Shown one piece after another: positions 40,323-52,797 of a stretch of 64,000 nt of DNA. The stretch's first letter is position 1. Each line of letters starts with the position of its first letter. The stretch is from an uncultured cyanobacterium (GTDB lineage: Bacteria; Cyanobacteriota; Cyanobacteriia; PCC-6307; Cyanobiaceae): the NCBI GenBank assembly GCA_963765575.1, contig CAVXWZ010000008.1, forward strand, positions 96,001-160,000, given 5' to 3'. A program made the position numbers and the translations under genes. The notes under the pieces were generated by a model. The model saw only the letters and a list, made by a program, of their open reading frames with translations, did no database searches and had not been told where the DNA came from.

Positions 40323-41888
40323 TCAGGCCGCCAGACCGGTGTCCTCCAGGAGCTGCCGCTGCTGCCGGGCCGACACGAAGCGATGGGCCGCCATGGCCCC
40401 ACTCACGGCCACCGGCGGCACACCGATGCCGGGGAAGGTGCCGGCGCCACAGACCACCAGCCCTTCGATCGGCGTGCCGCCGCTGGGGAACGGGCCGGCA
40501 CCTGCGGGCCAGGCCGGTCCGTAGCTGCCCTGGTGAATGCGCAGGTAGTGCTGGTGGGTGAGGGGCGTTCCCTGCAGCTCCAGCACCACCCGCTCACGCC
40601 AATCGGGAATCAGGGGCTCCAGCACCCGGTGGAAGAGGCTGCAGCGCTCGGCCTTGAGGGCGACGTAGGCCGGACTGCCGCGCTCCAGGTGCTGCCAGAG
40701 CTCCCAGGGTTCGTTGGCCGGCGTGTAGCCGTGCAGCACCTGGTGACCGGCCGGGGCGAGGGAGGGATCGAGCAGTGAGGGCATCGACAGCACGGCCATG
40801 TTGCGCTCGGCGTCGATGCCCCGCTGCCAGTCGCCCACCCACACGTGGTGAATGGGCAGGTGCTGGAGATCGTCGCCGCGCAGGGCCAGGTGCCAGTGCA
40901 GGAAACTGTGGCAGGCGGGCGTCTGCCGCTGGCGCCGGCGCCAGCGGGCGGGGGTGCTGCCCTCCGGCAGCAGCTCCAGCAGGTTCCACGGGTTCAGGTT
41001 GGCGATCACGCCCCGTCGCGCCGTGATTCGCTCGCCATCGGCGAGCCGCACGCCGGTGGCACGGTTGTGGGTCACGAGCACCTCGGCGACCGGGCTGCGG
41101 GTGCGCAGCTCGCCGCCGTGACGCTCCAGAGCCCTCACCAGCGCCGCCACCACCGCCGGACTGCCGCCGATGGGGTAGTCGAGACAGGCGCCGGGCTCGA
41201 ACCACTCGCCGAACAGGGTGGCCATGGCGGCGGCACTGGTCTGGTCCATCGGCAGACCGGAGATCAGGAAGCAGAGCAGATCCACCCAGTGCAGCAGGAA
41301 GGGATCGCGCAGATGACGCCGGGCCATCGGTCCGAAAGCCCCACCCAGGGCTGCCAGCCGGCCGGCCTGGCCCAGCAGTCCCAGGCCCTGCCGGCCCAGG
41401 GTGGCGGCCAGGCCCAGCCCCGGACGCAGGGCCAGCAAGGGCAGGGCCCGGGCGGCCTGGCAGCTGGGTTGCAGCCAGGTCATGAAGGCGGCCCACTCCT
41501 CGGCCGCGGCGGCGCCACGCAGATCCCGCACCACCGCCAGAAACGGCTCCAGTCCCACCTGCACCCGCAACTGGCCTTCCGGCAGCAGCAGCCCCCACTC
41601 GTCATAGGTGGCCACCGGCACGCTCTCACCCACGGCCCGCAGCACCTGGGCCAGGGGATTGCCGCTCGGCCAGCGTCCCAGCCCCGACCACAGCGAGGGA
41701 CCCGATTCGAACTGAAATCCGCGGCGCTCGAAGCCGTGGGCGGCGCCACCGGGCTGGTCGTGGGCTTCCAGCACCAGCACCTCAAGCCCATGGCGGGCTG
41801 CCATGGCGGCGGCGCAGAGCCCCCCCAGGCCGCTGCCCACCACCACCAGGTCGGGCGCGGAGGCCCCGCGCGGCGGCCCGCCCGTCAT
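40323..41888 (-). CDS. Phytoene desaturase/carotenoid isomerase-family FAD oxidoreductase
   Basis: VVGSGLGGL, LEAHDQPGG, FESGPSL, PSLLDPSLAPAG, GTPLTH, FPGIGVP. Confidence 0.88.
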   Translation of the reverse strand: MTGGPPRGASAPDLVVVGSGLGGLCAAAMAARHGLEVLVLEAHDQPGGAAHGFERRGFQFESGPSLWSGLGRWPSGNPLAQVLRAVGESVPVATYDEWGLLLPEGQLRVQVGLEPFLAVVRDLRGAAAAEEWAAFMTWLQPSCQAARALPLLALRPGLGLAATLGRQGLGLLGQAGRLAALGGAFGPMARRHLRDPFLLHWVDLLCFLISGLPMDQTSAAAMATLFGEWFEPGACLDYPIGGSPAVVAALVRALERHGGELRTRSPVAEVLVTHNRATGVRLADGERITARRGVIANLNPWNLLELLPEGSTPARWRRRQRQTPACHSFLHWHLALRGDDLQHLPIHHVWVGDWQRGIDAERNMAVLSMPSLLDPSLAPAGHQVLHGYTPANEPWELWQHLERGSPAYVALKAERCSLFHRVLEPLIPDWRERVVLELQGTPLTHQHYLRIHQGSYGPAWPAGAGPFPSGGTPIEGLVVCGAGTFPGIGVPPVAVSGAMAAHRFVSARQQRQLLEDTGLAA

Positions 41889-42346
41889 GGGCCGGTGCGG
41901 CAGCGGTCGCGGCAGAGCTGTTCGAGGTCCGGGCGACCGGTGAGGCGCAGCCGCCAGCGGGCCCAGAGCCCGTAGGCGGCGTTCAGAAGTGGTCGCAGGC
42001 CGGGCCAGTCGCTGGGGGCATAGAGCCAGCCCAGGCCGACCAGCGCATAGGCACGCCGGAACACGGCCAGATCCCGCAACACCTCGCCATCAGCGCCGAT
42101 GGCATGGATGCGGCCCATGGCCATGCGGTAGTCGACACCGGCGTGGGCGGAGGGGTCGTAGCCCGGGTCGCTGATGTCCACAAAGGCCAGCTGTGGCGCG
42201 CCGGGGTGGCGGCGCTGGTCGCGGCCGCGCAGGATCCGCACCTCGCGCAGGCAGAGCGGACAGCCGCCGTCGTAGAGGAGGCACAACTGGGGCTGGGGCT
42301 TGGCGGTGGCCGCCGGCTCAAACGCGGCCTCGGAAACGGGCGTCAT
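41885..42346 (-). CDS. DCC-family thiol-disulfide oxidoreductase (DUF393)
   Basis: LYDGGCPLCLREV, FVDI, AMGRIHAI, WRLRLTGR. Confidence 0.88.
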   Translation of the reverse strand: MTPVSEAAFEPAATAKPQPQLCLLYDGGCPLCLREVRILRGRDQRRHPGAPQLAFVDISDPGYDPSAHAGVDYRMAMGRIHAIGADGEVLRDLAVFRRAYALVGLGWLYAPSDWPGLRPLLNAAYGLWARWRLRLTGRPDLEQLCRDRCRTGP

Positions 42347-42368
42347 CGGTGGGATGGAGGGCAGCGTC

Positions 42369-42620
42369 TCACTTCTGGCGGCAGTAGCGGCCACCCACGT
42401 TCATCCAGCCCTCGGGGCAGGGCAGCCCGTGGGTGGGCTGCACGGTGTAACGCATCAGCCCCAGGGTGCTGCACCTGCCGTTGAGCATGTCCACGTAGCC
42501 CAGGGGGCAGATGTTGCCCAGCTTGGGCACCTCCCGCTGCGCCCATGCTGGCGGCGCCGCCAGCCCCACCAGAGCGGCGGTGCTCAGCAGGAGCGCGAAG
42601 TGGGTGGCGCTGGAGGTCAT
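42369..42620 (-). CDS. Small secreted Cys-repeat protein
   Basis: Signal peptide ending AWA; CPLGYVDMLNGRC and CPEGWMNVGGRYC. Confidence 0.7.
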   Translation of the reverse strand: MTSSATHFALLLSTAALVGLAAPPAWAQREVPKLGNICPLGYVDMLNGRCSTLGLMRYTVQPTHGLPCPEGWMNVGGRYCRQK

Positions 42621-42731
42621 GGGCCGGACGACGCGACGTTCCGATGGTAAGGAGCCCGGGCCGGGCCCAGGCTGCTGCAGGGGGGGGCCTGCTGCTGCAC
42701 CATGGACTCCAGTCAGCCCGGTGCTGAGGGC

Positions 42732-43184
42732 ATGGTGCGCCAGACCCTGCGTGTGCTTGATGTAACCACCCCTGGCGAGGGCTTTACTGACCTCACCGCC
42801 GCCCTCAACCGCGAGATCGCTGCCAGTGGCATGGAACTGGGGGTGGTCACGCTGGTGTGCCAGCACACGAGCGCTTCGCTCACGATCAATGAGAACGCCG
42901 ATCCCCGGGTACTGGACGACCTGGCGGCTTACCTGCATGCCCTGGTGCCGCCGGAGGGGTTCCGCCCCCTGAGCGGCGAGGGTGCGCGTCGCCCCTATGC
43001 CCATGCCGATGAGGGGCCCGACGACATGCCCGCCCACATCCGCACGGCCCTAACCGCCACCAGCCTGAGCCTCTCGTTCCAGCAGGGGCGGATGCTGCTC
43101 GGGATCTGGCAGGCCGTCTACCTCTGGGAGCACCGCCGCGCCGGGCAGCGCCGGCGGCTGAGTGTGCATCTGGTCGGGGCCTAG
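42732..43184 (+). CDS. yjbQ: YjbQ family (UPF0047) protein
   Basis: HTSASLTINENADP, DDMPAHI, LGIWQAVYLWEHR. Confidence 0.9.
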   Translation: MVRQTLRVLDVTTPGEGFTDLTAALNREIAASGMELGVVTLVCQHTSASLTINENADPRVLDDLAAYLHALVPPEGFRPLSGEGARRPYAHADEGPDDMPAHIRTALTATSLSLSFQQGRMLLGIWQAVYLWEHRRAGQRRRLSVHLVGA

Positions 43185-43357
43185 GGGCATGGCCCCCATC
43201 GCTGGTCCAGTGCCACGGGGAGCTGGCACAGCCAAGTTTGCTGGGTGGGTTGCTCCCTACCCCAACCTGGCTGGCGCCGGGGCCTCAACTGCCGCTGCGG
43301 CGGCAGAGTTTGAGGGCAGCGATCACCGCATCACGGTCACCCTGCGGGCCTGCCGAC

Positions 43358-44901
43358 CTAAGGGGTTGCCGGGATCGGCAGCGTCTTCAGCAGGGGGGTG
43401 ATATCAACCAGTGGATAGGTGCTGTTGCCCCAGCCATCGGGCGGCAGCAGCGGAGGGGCGTTGGCAGCTGGGGCCGCCGCCGCGCCGGCGGCAAAGGCCC
43501 CCTGGGTCCAGGCCAGGAGCAGGGCCCCCAGTGCTCCGCCGCCTTCTTGAACCGTGGCGCGCAGATTGAAATGGGTGCCGCCCTTGGCCAGGACAAGTTG
43601 GTGGCCACCGCCCAGGTTGCGTGCCTCTCCAGCGACGGGGATCAGGGCTTCAGGGCCAGAGGGAACGACCCAGTCCCGGGTGCCGGTGACCATCAGCACC
43701 CGGGCATTCATGTTGCTGGCTGCCCCCACATCGAACAGCAGCGAGGTGGGTGGGCTCACGGCCATCACCGCCTTGATGCGGGGATCGGCCTTGCCTGCCC
43801 GGTTCGCGGTCTTCAGGAAGCTGCACTGGAGCACCCAGCTGAGATTGTGGGCCGGATTGCCCAGGCCCGGGCAGCGCTCGATGATCCGGGCATCGCTGGG
43901 CTGCGGGCGGCGGCCGCATCAATGGACGCCGAGATGTCCATGGGCCGCAGGATGAGGTCTTCCGGGCTGGGCGGCGGCACCTCGCCGGCGAGCATGGCCC
44001 GTTGCTGGCTGAGGTCGCTGCCGGGGTGGCGGGGAATCAAGACCGTGTAGCCGTGGCTGGCCAGGTGCTGGGCCCAGCCTTCGAAACTCTCGGGAGCGTC
44101 CCAGAGCCCATGGGAGATCACCACCAGCCGGCCATTGGCGCCTGCGCTGGGCACCACCGTCACGATCGAGAGCGGCTGGGGCCTGAAACTCACCGGCACG
44201 GTCTGTTGGGCACGCCTGATGCCCTTGGGGCCAGGCTGGGCGAGGGCGGGATTGCTGGTGGTCGCTGAGATCTGCTGCACCAGCTGGTTGGCTTGGGCCT
44301 GCTGGCGGGCGAGTTGGTTCAGTCCCGACACGGCTTTCTGCAGGTCCACCGTGGCCGACTCCCCCGGGATTGCCTCCAGCACATCCAGCAGGGTGGGCGG
44401 CCCTTGCCCAGCAGCTCAGTCTAAGACGGCGGCCAGCTCCTGGCTGTCGAGCTGCTGCGGCACTCCTTGCACCTGAAACAGCGTCGCCAGGAGCATCAAG
44501 GCCTCGTTCAGCAGCGGGGATCCCACCGATGTGTCGGCAAAGCGCTTCACCTCCAGGGGCAACGGCGTGTTCATCAGATTCACCAATTTGCGGCCCACGG
44601 CTCCATTGGTGGCCTGATCCAACTCGGCCAGATCACCGTGGCCACTCAACAGGGGCTCCGATTGACGCAAGTCCGCCAGTTGCAACGTGAAACTGGTGTC
44701 CAGCAAAGGAAAAGGCACCACAATCTGTTCGAGGGCCCGGGCCGGAGCGCCCAGCGCCAGCAGCAGCAAGGTGCCGCAGCCCACGGCGACCGAATGGTGC
44801 CGCTGGGCGCGTTGCCGCATCCATCCCAACGACGCCTGAAGGAGTGGGGGGAGCATTGGCGGAATGGGGCCGGGTTGCGGTGGGAACTCGTCCCGAGCCA
44901 A
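43358..44901 (-). pseudogene. Disrupted DUF1400-type alpha/beta hydrolase
   Basis: VVISHGL, HLASHGY, HPGSD, RPMDIS, DPRIKAV, GTHF. In-frame TGA at 44416-44418; frameshifting deletion near 43906 removes the GHSxG motif. Confidence 0.85.
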
Positions 44902-45368
44902 GCATCATGCCCCCAGTGGCCGTGAAGCCCACGGAATTCAACGTTGCCTTTTGAATGGGCAAGCGATGTCTCTTTTCGATGCTCCTGATTTCTGGCAGCT
45001 GGATCAGCTCCAGGCTGTGCAGGTCACCATCAGCCCCAAGCTTGTGGAACCCTTTCGATCCATCAGCCAGCAACCTGGATGTCGGAAGATTGGTCTACAG
45101 ATGTGCAGAACGCGTCGGCGCTCAGGAGCGGGGGGCGTTCAGCACGATCTGCTCAAGCATGCGGGCTGGGGCGCCAGCTCACGGTGACTGGAGCGAGGAA
45201 CGACGTTGTGCTTACAGGACGCCGAGGGCCATCGAGGGCAAGCGGCTGGCGGTGGGCCAGTCACGCCCTTGATCATCCCGACGATGGCGGCATGGGAGCC
45301 CTGGGGCGGAGCCACGAATCGGGCCTACGTTGCCAGCAGCCACCCGGGCCCGTCCGCCGTCTCTGCCC

Positions 45369-45725
45369 ATGCCCCGTTCCCTGCTGACCACCTGCCTGGC
45401 CTCCCTGCTGTGCGGCTGGGGCCTGTCAATGCTTCCGCTGCAGGCACAGCCAGCCGACGCCGAAGGCGCTCAAGCGCCGCAACCGATCGCCCAGCCGACA
45501 CCCCAGCCTCTGACGGGCAGCGAAACCTACACCTCATTGATTTCCGAGGTGGATGCCTGCAACCGCGCCCAGATGTTGAGGCCCAGCACCTCGATCGTCA
45601 CCGCCATGCACTACCAGCGCTCCGGCGAGGCCGGCGAGCGCAGCGTCACCTGCCGCATCGACTGGAGCGAGGCTGACGATGCCGAGCCCACCCGACGTCC
45701 GATCCTGTTTGGCCCCAGCGCCTGA
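45369..45725 (+). CDS. Small secreted hypothetical protein
   Basis: Signal peptide (..LPLQA), Pro/Gln linker, DACNRAQ..VTCRIDW Cys pair. Confidence 0.65.
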   Translation: MPRSLLTTCLASLLCGWGLSMLPLQAQPADAEGAQAPQPIAQPTPQPLTGSETYTSLISEVDACNRAQMLRPSTSIVTAMHYQRSGEAGERSVTCRIDWSEADDAEPTRRPILFGPSA

Positions 45726-45793
45726 ACCGCAGCACCTGCAGCCCAGCGCCCGAGTGGGCCAGCATGGTGGGCCCTGAACCCTCAGCCTCAGCC

Positions 45794-46081
45794 ATGGCCG
45801 CCACCCCCCTCACCCCAGAGCAGATCAACGCCCTGCCCTCCACCCTGCAGGCCTGGAGCCTGGAGGGCGGCAAGCTCCACCGCGAGCTGAGCTTCGCCGA
45901 CTTCAGCGAGGCCTTCGGCTTCATGGCCCAGGTGGGCCTGGCGGCTGAAGCGATGGGCCATCACCCCGAATGGAGCAACGTGTGGAACCGGGTGACGATC
46001 GACCTCACCACCCACGACACCGGCGGCCTCTCCAACCTGGATGTGCAGCTGGCCCAACGCATCGATCAGCTGGCGGGTTGA
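45794..46081 (+). CDS. phhB: Pterin-4-alpha-carbinolamine dehydratase
   Basis: [36 protein letters not shown]. Confidence 0.95.
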   Translation: MAATPLTPEQINALPSTLQAWSLEGGKLHRELSFADFSEAFGFMAQVGLAAEAMGHHPEWSNVWNRVTIDLTTHDTGGLSNLDVQLAQRIDQLAG

Positions 46082-46085
46082 TCCC

Positions 46086-47060
46086 TCAGGCCAGCCCCAC
46101 CAGGCGCTCGCTGACCTCCCACAGCGCTGCGGCCAGGTCGTCGTTGCGGGCCTCGCTGCTGGGCTCTACCGCCTCGAAGCGCCGCCGGCCCGGCCCCAGC
46201 ACCCGGTTGCTCCAGTAGCGGAAGCCACCAGCGTCGTGGACTGGATCGCTGGCCAGGGAGGCCAGCAGGCTTCCGGCAACCGCCACCGTTTCGGTGAGGC
46301 GCAGGAGATCCCGGGCCACCAGGGCGAACAGACGCTGAGCGACCTCGTTGTGCTGCCGGCTGCTGCGGAAAAAGCCCCCGCTCTGCCGCGGGATCACCAG
46401 CCCAGGGCTCCAGGCGATCACCGGCCAGGGGAGTTGCTGCTGCTGCAGGCGCCGCGCCAGCTGGCGGGCAAACAGCACGTTGCAGAGCTTGCTGTCCTTG
46501 TAGGCCTTGTCGGCATCGAAGGCCGACACCCCATCCACCATCGTGAAGCCAGCTCCCTGGCGCAGCCCGGCCAGATCACCGAGGCCGGCGGGGGCTCCCA
46601 CCCGGCCTCCGGGGCTGGCCGGATCGTGCACCTCCGAGGCCGTGATCACCAGGCGTGGCTCCCGTCCGGCCCGCAGCAGGGGCAGGAGCTGTTGGCCCAG
46701 GAGCTGGTGGGCCAGGTGGTTCACGGCCACCGTGAGTTCATGGCCCTGGGCCGAGCGCCGGGGGGCGCGGGCGCCGGCATCTTGAAGGCCCGCGTTCAGC
46801 ACCACGGTGTCCAGGGGATCGCCGCGGCGCAGCAGCGCGCTGGCGCAGTGGGACACGCTGTCCAGATCGGCCAGGTCGCACACGGGGGTGGCGACCTCGC
46901 GCCCGGTTTCGCCGGCGATCCGCTCAGCGGTGGCGCTGGCCCGCTGCCGATCGCGGCAGGGCAGCACCAGCCGGTGACCGGCGCGGGCGAGCTGCAGGGC
47001 TGCCTGCTGACCGATGCCGGAGCTGGCGCCGGTGATCAGGATGTGGCGGCAGCTGGTCAT
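46086..47060 (-). CDS. SDR oxidoreductase, light-dependent protochlorophyllide reductase-like
   Basis: ITGASSGIG, DLADLDSV, LNAG, VNHLAH, AYKDSKLCN, PGLV. Confidence 0.85.
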   Translation of the reverse strand: MTSCRHILITGASSGIGQQAALQLARAGHRLVLPCRDRQRASATAERIAGETGREVATPVCDLADLDSVSHCASALLRRGDPLDTVVLNAGLQDAGARAPRRSAQGHELTVAVNHLAHQLLGQQLLPLLRAGREPRLVITASEVHDPASPGGRVGAPAGLGDLAGLRQGAGFTMVDGVSAFDADKAYKDSKLCNVLFARQLARRLQQQQLPWPVIAWSPGLVIPRQSGGFFRSSRQHNEVAQRLFALVARDLLRLTETVAVAGSLLASLASDPVHDAGGFRYWSNRVLGPGRRRFEAVEPSSEARNDDLAAALWEVSERLVGLA

Positions 47061-47956
47061 CAGGCGAGTGCTCCCCAGAGCACGGTGGCGGCGCCGAGCA
47101 GCATCAGCGCTGCGGCCCCAAGACGGCGCAGCCCATCCCGTTCCCCCAGGGCAAAGACGCCGGCGCTGCTGCCCATCAAGGTGCTCAGCCGCTTGATGGT
47201 GATCACGTGCACCACATCGGTCTGGCGGATTGCCTCCATCTGCAGCACCGTACCGGCGGCGCCAGCCAGGGCCGCCAGGATCAGGGCCAGGGCGAGAGCC
47301 GGCGCAAGCCCGCTGGGCCGGACAACCCTTCGGGATCGCTGTCCAGCCGACAGGCCCAGCAGGCTGATGCCGATGCTCAGCTGCAGCGCCAGCACCCAGG
47401 CCACGCTGCCACCGGCGTTCACCCCCAGTTTGTCGACACTGGCGCCCACCCCCCAGAGCAGGGCCACCAGCAGCATCGACCGGCAGCCCGGGCTGGCCCA
47501 GAGCGTGCCGAGCCCCAGGCCCGGCTTGCCCCTGGGGCGTCCCAGCAGCAAGGCGCCCAGCACCAGCAGCGCCACCCCCAGGACGGCCAGGGGGCCGGGC
47601 CGCTCCCCCAGCACCAGCCAGCCCGCCAGCAACAGGGCCAGCGGCGAGAGGTTGATCAGGGGCAGCACCAGGCTGAGGTCTTCCCGGGCGATGGCGCGGC
47701 CGTAGCACCAGAAGGCGAGGGCATTGAGGCTGCCGCCCAGCAGCAGGGCGGCGGCGAAGGCGGGCCCATCGATCAGCACAGGCTGGCTGAGCGCCAGCGG
47801 CAGCAGCAGCAGGCCCGCCAGGGCACTGCTCAGGCCAATCACCCGCAGGGTGCTCCAGCCACCGTCGCGCAGCACCATCCGCAGGCTGAGATCGCGCCCG
47901 GTTTCGCCGATGGCCGTGCCCAGCGCCAGCCACACCCAGGGCACCTCGCTCAGCAT
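47060..47956 (-). CDS. EamA/DMT family transporter
   Basis: About 10 TMs, DLSLVLPL, LVLGE, IKRLS, FALGE; its stop overlaps the SDR start. Confidence 0.85.
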   Translation of the reverse strand: MLSEVPWVWLALGTAIGETGRDLSLRMVLRDGGWSTLRVIGLSSALAGLLLLPLALSQPVLIDGPAFAAALLLGGSLNALAFWCYGRAIAREDLSLVLPLINLSPLALLLAGWLVLGERPGPLAVLGVALLVLGALLLGRPRGKPGLGLGTLWASPGCRSMLLVALLWGVGASVDKLGVNAGGSVAWVLALQLSIGISLLGLSAGQRSRRVVRPSGLAPALALALILAALAGAAGTVLQMEAIRQTDVVHVITIKRLSTLMGSSAGVFALGERDGLRRLGAAALMLLGAATVLWGALA

Positions 47957-48068
47957 CGCCGAACCGTGCCAGCCCAGGGGCGGGCCTGCCACGAGGCCAG
48001 GAGTCGGCGCGGGTTGCGTGGTGAGTGCTGAGTCATTGGCGCCCGCAGCGGCCCCCAGCATCGGCGGC

Positions 48069-48563
48069 GTGCCGCTCAGCCCCAAGCCGCTGCAAGCGCT
48101 GGGGCCGCCCGAGTTCGAGACGTTGGAGCAGGAGCGCCGCTATCGCCAGGAGCAGCTGGTGGCGGCTGAAAGTGAGCGACCTGCTGCTGGTGAACCACAG
48201 CGGCGAGGTGGTGATCGGCCACTGGCCGCCGCCCATGCCCAGGCGCCCCATGGCCGGGCCTTCTCCAGCCTGGGCCGGCTGCTGGACCCGCTCAACCAGC
48301 ACAGCTGCCTGTTTTTCGACGACCACGTGCTGGTGCACGAGGACGGGGGCAAGGTGGTGTTGGGGGAGGAGGCCGGACGCCGCTTCGCCGCCGCCTTCAG
48401 CGATGGCAAGGCGGCGATTCAGCAGAACCACGGCCTGTTCACGGTGGCCCCACGGTGGATGAGGCCGCCGGCGCCCCCCGGCCGCACGCCCCTGGCGGGC
48501 TGGCTCAACGTCCAGACCCTCAATGAACAGGTGGTGGAGACGGAGCCCGATCTGTTCGATTGA
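48069..48563 (+). pseudogene. Internally deleted class II aldolase/adducin-family gene
   Basis: Collinear blocks PPEFETLEQERRYRQEQL / KVSDLLLVNHSGEVV / AAHA..HGRAFSSLGRLLDPL..NHGLFTV / TVDEAA / PLAGWL..EPDLFD across alternating frames. Confidence 0.75.
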
Positions 48564-49617
48564 GCTCAGCCGGGTTTCCGTGGCCGCCGGGAAGCTCCAG
48601 CTCCAGCAGCCAGCGCTGCCAGGCCTCGAGGCCATCGGCCGGGTCCAGCCACTGCTGGCGCAGCAGGCACCAGTCGGCCCAGGCGGCATCGGCCTGGTGC
48701 CGCCAGTGGGCTGACAGCTCAGGCAGTTGGCGATCGAGGCGGCCCTTGAGCTGCCGCTTCAGCAGGTCGCGCCAGATCACCAGATCCTGCAGCAGGCCCA
48801 GGCTGGTCTGGGTCTGCTTGAGGATCAGCAGCCGATCGCGCAGATCCGGCTTCAGGGCCTCCAGCAGCTCGAGCTGATAGCGCAGGCGCTTGAAGGCCTT
48901 GCGCAGCTCGTGCTGCTGGCACTCCTGGTGGCTGCTCGGCTGCGGGCGATCGCCATGGCCCCAGCCCGGATGCAGCCGCAGAGCGGCCAGCTGGCGGATC
49001 AGGCTGGCCCGCAGCAGCGGCAGGGCGGCGCGATGGCGAGCAGCGCCCTCTGCCTCGCCGCCCTCTGCCTCGCCGCCAGGCGCCTCGACGGCTGCCAGTT
49101 GAGACGGAGCGCTGAGTCGCTGGTGGGGTGGCTGCCTGATGCGCTGGGCGAGCTTGAAGCGGGCCCGGTCGCGGCGTTTCTGGAGCCGGCAGACCAGGCG
49201 ACGCAGTCGCTTGCGCTCAGTCCCATCGAGGCCATGGCGCTGCTCCTCCAGCGCTTCCAGCAGCACATCGAGGTCGCGCACGCTGCCGGCCGCGCTGGCC
49301 AGCTGGCGTAGGTGCTTGGGCTTCGGACCCCGCCAGTGCTGGGGAAAGGCCTCGGCCATCGAGCGCAACCGGCGCAGTCCAGTGCGCAGCTGGTGCACGT
49401 GCTCACGATCGCTGGCCTGTTCATCGCCGGCCTGCCCAGCTGCGGCAGCCGGCGTGGCCGGGTGGCGCACGGCCTTGATGCGGTCCTGGAGTCCGCGCTG
49501 GAGGTGGGTGCGGCGCCACTCCAGCAGGGACTCCAGGGCGTGGTCAGCGGCCAGGGCGACGTCGGTGTTCTTGCCGCTCGCCGCCTGGGTGTGGCTGCGA
49601 TCGCCCTGCGCCGCCAT
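48520..49617 (-). CDS. CHAD domain protein (polyphosphate-binding family)
   Basis: HVHQLRTGLRRLRS, VRDLDV, HELRKAFKRLRYQLE, QTSLGLLQD. Confidence 0.88.
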   Translation of the reverse strand: MAAQGDRSHTQAASGKNTDVALAADHALESLLEWRRTHLQRGLQDRIKAVRHPATPAAAAGQAGDEQASDREHVHQLRTGLRRLRSMAEAFPQHWRGPKPKHLRQLASAAGSVRDLDVLLEALEEQRHGLDGTERKRLRRLVCRLQKRRDRARFKLAQRIRQPPHQRLSAPSQLAAVEAPGGEAEGGEAEGAARHRAALPLLRASLIRQLAALRLHPGWGHGDRPQPSSHQECQQHELRKAFKRLRYQLELLEALKPDLRDRLLILKQTQTSLGLLQDLVIWRDLLKRQLKGRLDRQLPELSAHWRHQADAAWADWCLLRQQWLDPADGLEAWQRWLLELELPGGHGNPAELNRTDRAPSPPPVH

Positions 49618-49634
49618 CGACCCCGCTCCAGGCC

Positions 49635-52307
<2,673 letters not shown>

Positions 52308-52518
52308 GCGTGGACCTCCCGGTGGTCGTTGGCGGTGATGGCTTCAACTCACGGTATGGATCCCGCCTGGCCCTGACACCCCGGCAGACCGAATGGTTGG
52401 GTACGGTGCTCCCCCCACGGTCGTGCGCACCGCCCGCCCACTGGCGGAGAACCGACCCGGCCGACCGCCGCCGCGGCCATGATGGGCGGCCGCAAGCCCT
52501 TGCCCCCAGCCGCAGCCC

Positions 52519-52728
52519 ATGGACGCCAGCGAGCAGACCCTGATCGACCAGCTGGCCCGGGCCTCGCTGGAGTTCGATGCCACCGGCGCCGATCCCGAGC
52601 GCAACTGCTGGATGGCGGTGCACCGCCATGTGCATGGGGTGCTGCCGAGTGAATACGACATCCGCGAGGTGCCGGAAGAGCTCTACCTGGCGGTGCTGGA
52701 TGCCCGCCGGGCCCTCGCCCGTCCATGA
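52519..52728 (+). CDS. Small hypothetical protein
   Basis: 69-aa ORF (CWMAVHRHVHGVLPSEYDIREVPEELY) divergent from clpB, ending at a terminator. Confidence 0.7.
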   Translation: MDASEQTLIDQLARASLEFDATGADPERNCWMAVHRHVHGVLPSEYDIREVPEELYLAVLDARRALARP

Positions 52729-52753
52729 AAAAACCCCGGCTTTGGCCGGGGTT
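52728..52753 (-). terminator. Rho-independent terminator downstream of petJ
   Basis: Stem AACCCCGGC/GCCGGGGTT, TTTG loop, A6 on + strand. Confidence 0.8.
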
Positions 52754-52797
52754 CAGGAGTTGCTGGGGGAGCAGAGAGCCTGGTGATCAGGAGATGA

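Noticed and set aside
44416..44418. TGA as selenocysteine or programmed read-through
   Set aside because: It lies in a non-catalytic linker and the gene has a second inactivating deletion.
46086..47933. 615-aa and 375-aa (52798-53925) ORFs as fusion proteins
   Set aside because: N-terminal parts are alternate frames of the upstream genes; the real starts are 47060 (SDR) and 53139 (petJ).
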